From: Octopus bimaculoides
Taxonomy: Eukaryota
Assembly: GCF_001194135.2 (NCBI RefSeq)
Contig: NC_068983.1
Coordinates: 106,142,223-106,178,924 of the forward strand
Length of the DNA stretch: 36,702 bases
Reading direction: 5' to 3'
The notes below the pieces were generated by a model, which made no database searches, was not told the DNA's origin, and saw only the letters and a list, made by a program, of their open reading frames with translations. The position numbers and the translations under genes are program-made. Positions 34,773 through 36,702 of the stretch are shown one piece after another. The stretch's first letter is position 1; each line of letters begins with the position of its first letter.

Positions 34773-35013
34773 GGCTGTGTGGTAAGTAGCTTGCTTACAA
34801 ACCACATAGTTCCGGGTTCAGTCCTGCTGCGTGGCATCTTGGGCAAGTGTCTTCTACTATAGCCTCGGGCCGACCAAAGCCTTGTGAGTGGATTTGGTAG
34901 ACGGAAACTGAAAGAAGCCCGTCGTATATATATATATATATATATAATATATATATACTTTTGTTATTTACACCACCTGTCCTCGTCTGTTGTTATTATT
35001 TGTATATTCTCCC

Positions 35014-35045
<32 letters not shown>

Positions 35046-35280
35046 ATGTGTTTGTGTGTATGTATTTGTGTGTATGTGTTTGTGTATCTGTGTTTGTCCC
35101 CCCAACATCGCTTGACAACCGATGCTGGTGTGTTTACGTCCTTGTAACTTAGCAGTTTGGCAAAAGAGACCGATAGAATAAGTACTAGGCTTCCAAAGAA
35201 GAAGTCCTGGGGTCGATTTGCTCAACTAAAGGCGGTGCTCCAGCATAGCTACAGTCAAAAGACTGAAACAAGTAAAAGAG
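34773..35280 (+). mobile_element. SINE family A, near full length, with an insert in its internal (TA)n
   Basis: Closely similar to 17611-18000; foreign segment at 34960-35016. Confidence 0.85.
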
Positions 35281-35880
35281 TTAAAATGATTACCATGATG
35301 AGGAATTAAAGGGTTAAGCCCCATTCATAAATCCAATGTAACCCCATTATTATGCTGTAAACTTCTTCTGTCACTGCAATTATAATGGTTTCTGCTTTCT
35401 GTTGCATTTATCGCAACTCTTTCTATGATGCTCAATGCATTTACCTTCTCCCAGGCCATGTAGCAAACAGTCCAAATAATCAAATGATGTCATTCCTCAT
35501 AACCACATAACAAAAGAATTTTTTTCTCTACTTATACAAGATTCAACTTCAATATTAATCACATTCACCTCAAACATAGATCTCCTTCACTCATCACTCT
35601 CCCTCTCTTTCTCTCTCTCACTCATCATTCTCCCTCTCTTTCTCTCTCTCTCTCAGACTAAGCTTTATTACTTCCCCTGAGACAAAGAAAAAATGTCTCT
35701 CTTTAGATTGTGTTACAACTGAAACGGCTTAAGCAGGAAGCAATTAAGAGTTGTCCAATGCTAGTCAATTTCTAAGGAATTTAATTTTCTTTTAGTATCG
35801 TATTTCTGTTGAAATACACTGCCTTTGTTTCAATTAATGTTGAAAATAATAAAGAATTTTGTCAAACCACTCTGTCATTT

Positions 35881-36106
35881 ATACCTTTTAGTACCCTGAT
35901 TACTCTGTCAGTTGTGATGCTTATCTAATCACATTGCTCTGAATTATTCACATATCATCTTGTAGCTTTGAGATTTCAATGACATGACTGTTTATTTTTA
36001 GAATGACATTGCAAGGCATGTGTGAGAAGTTGAATCTGGTTGGTTTGAACATAGAAGAGGTAAAATATTTGGGTTGGATATGGCTAGTTTAAATGCTAAA
36101 GGTTAA
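35881..36106. mobile_element. TTAA-type MITE, homolog of 1215-1445
   Basis: Shares ctttgagatttcaatga, gaatgacattg and gatatggct.gtttaaatgc; ends aaaGG-TTAA. Confidence 0.65.
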
Positions 36107-36539
36107 ACTTGTATTTGGGACATTAAATTAACATGAAGATTGGATGAAACATTTTAAAAGACAGAGTTTATCATAGAATCAGGGGCAATCTCAGGTGAGT
36201 TAACTGAAAATATTAATCAAAAGGATTAATATTTATCACTATTGAGTTCTCCTGATCTGCTATCTCCTCTGCAATAGAAACATTTGAATTCATTGCCTCA
36301 AGGCATAACAAAGCCACAGGAGGAACAATAATTTATCTACTTGGTTATTTGTTGACAACAGACACTCAGTCGGCTAGGATAACTAATAATGTGAGAATCC
36401 ATTCAGTAATTGATGCATGCATTTATAGCAAACTAATATTTTCCTTTTAGGAAAAACTAGCTGTGAAAATCTAGAATCAAATCAAAACAGGAGAGCACAA
36501 TAGAGAAAATAGAAGAGAAATAAAAAAAATTAAAAAAAA

Positions 36540-36604
36540 CACAGACACACACATATGTGCATGCACACATATGTAAATACAAACGTGTATATATACACAC
36601 ACAC

Positions 36605-36644
<40 letters not shown>

Positions 36645-36702
36645 GTAAATACAAACGTGTATATATACACACACACACACGCACACACACACACACACAC
36701 AC
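36540..36702. repeat. (AC)n microsatellite with a 72-nt tandem unit
   Basis: atatgtaaatacaaacgtgtatatata starts at 36569 and at 36641. Confidence 0.9.

Noticed and set aside
33000-36702. Search for the next upstream THNSL1 exon, including the donor-like GAAG|GTAAAT near 35445
   Set aside because: No frame resembles the expected FP..GVS..Q segment; the exon is probably beyond the window.
36569-36702. 72-nt tandem repeat
   Set aside because: Slippage or assembly duplication within (AC)n at the window end; no evidence of function.
1-36702. CRISPR arrays, operons or prokaryotic defence systems
   Set aside because: Eukaryotic intron-exon DNA; no regularly spaced repeat-spacer array was seen.

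Overview
AT-rich, repeat-dense metazoan genomic DNA with spliceosomal introns. The SINE, MITE and microsatellite content suggests a coleoid cephalopod, probably Octopus (inference, no database search). Two protein-coding genes face each other tail-to-tail. (1) A complete inositol monophosphatase (IMPA1/2 family) gene on +, with 8 coding exons that I spliced by hand: 6598-6678, 8455-8588, 10809-10913, 12133-12178, 14140-14248, 16068-16173, 17420-17571, 21210-21316 (840 nt, 279 aa). (2) The last 5 coding exons of a threonine synthase-like 1 (THNSL1) gene on -: 32963-32861, 32398-32233, 27535-27284, 25922-25832, 24229-23892; its 5' exons were not found and probably lie beyond the window. The remaining sequence is largely tRNA-derived SINEs, a (GAT)n-tailed retroposon family, TTAA-, hAT- and mariner-type MITEs, mariner, RTE and CR1/L2-group relics, and two Penelope-like GIY-YIG fragments, with two N gaps. 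The most notable items are: a Penelope-like cassette of GIY-YIG + tRNA-like Pol III promoter + minimal hammerhead ribozyme, present twice; a recent 154-bp duplicate of the IMPA first coding exon's donor region sitting behind its own acceptor; a long intronic inverted repeat whose arms differ by deletion of a hammerhead core; and a 66-nt pre-miRNA-sized hairpin. All coordinates were counted by hand, and repeat boundaries are approximate.
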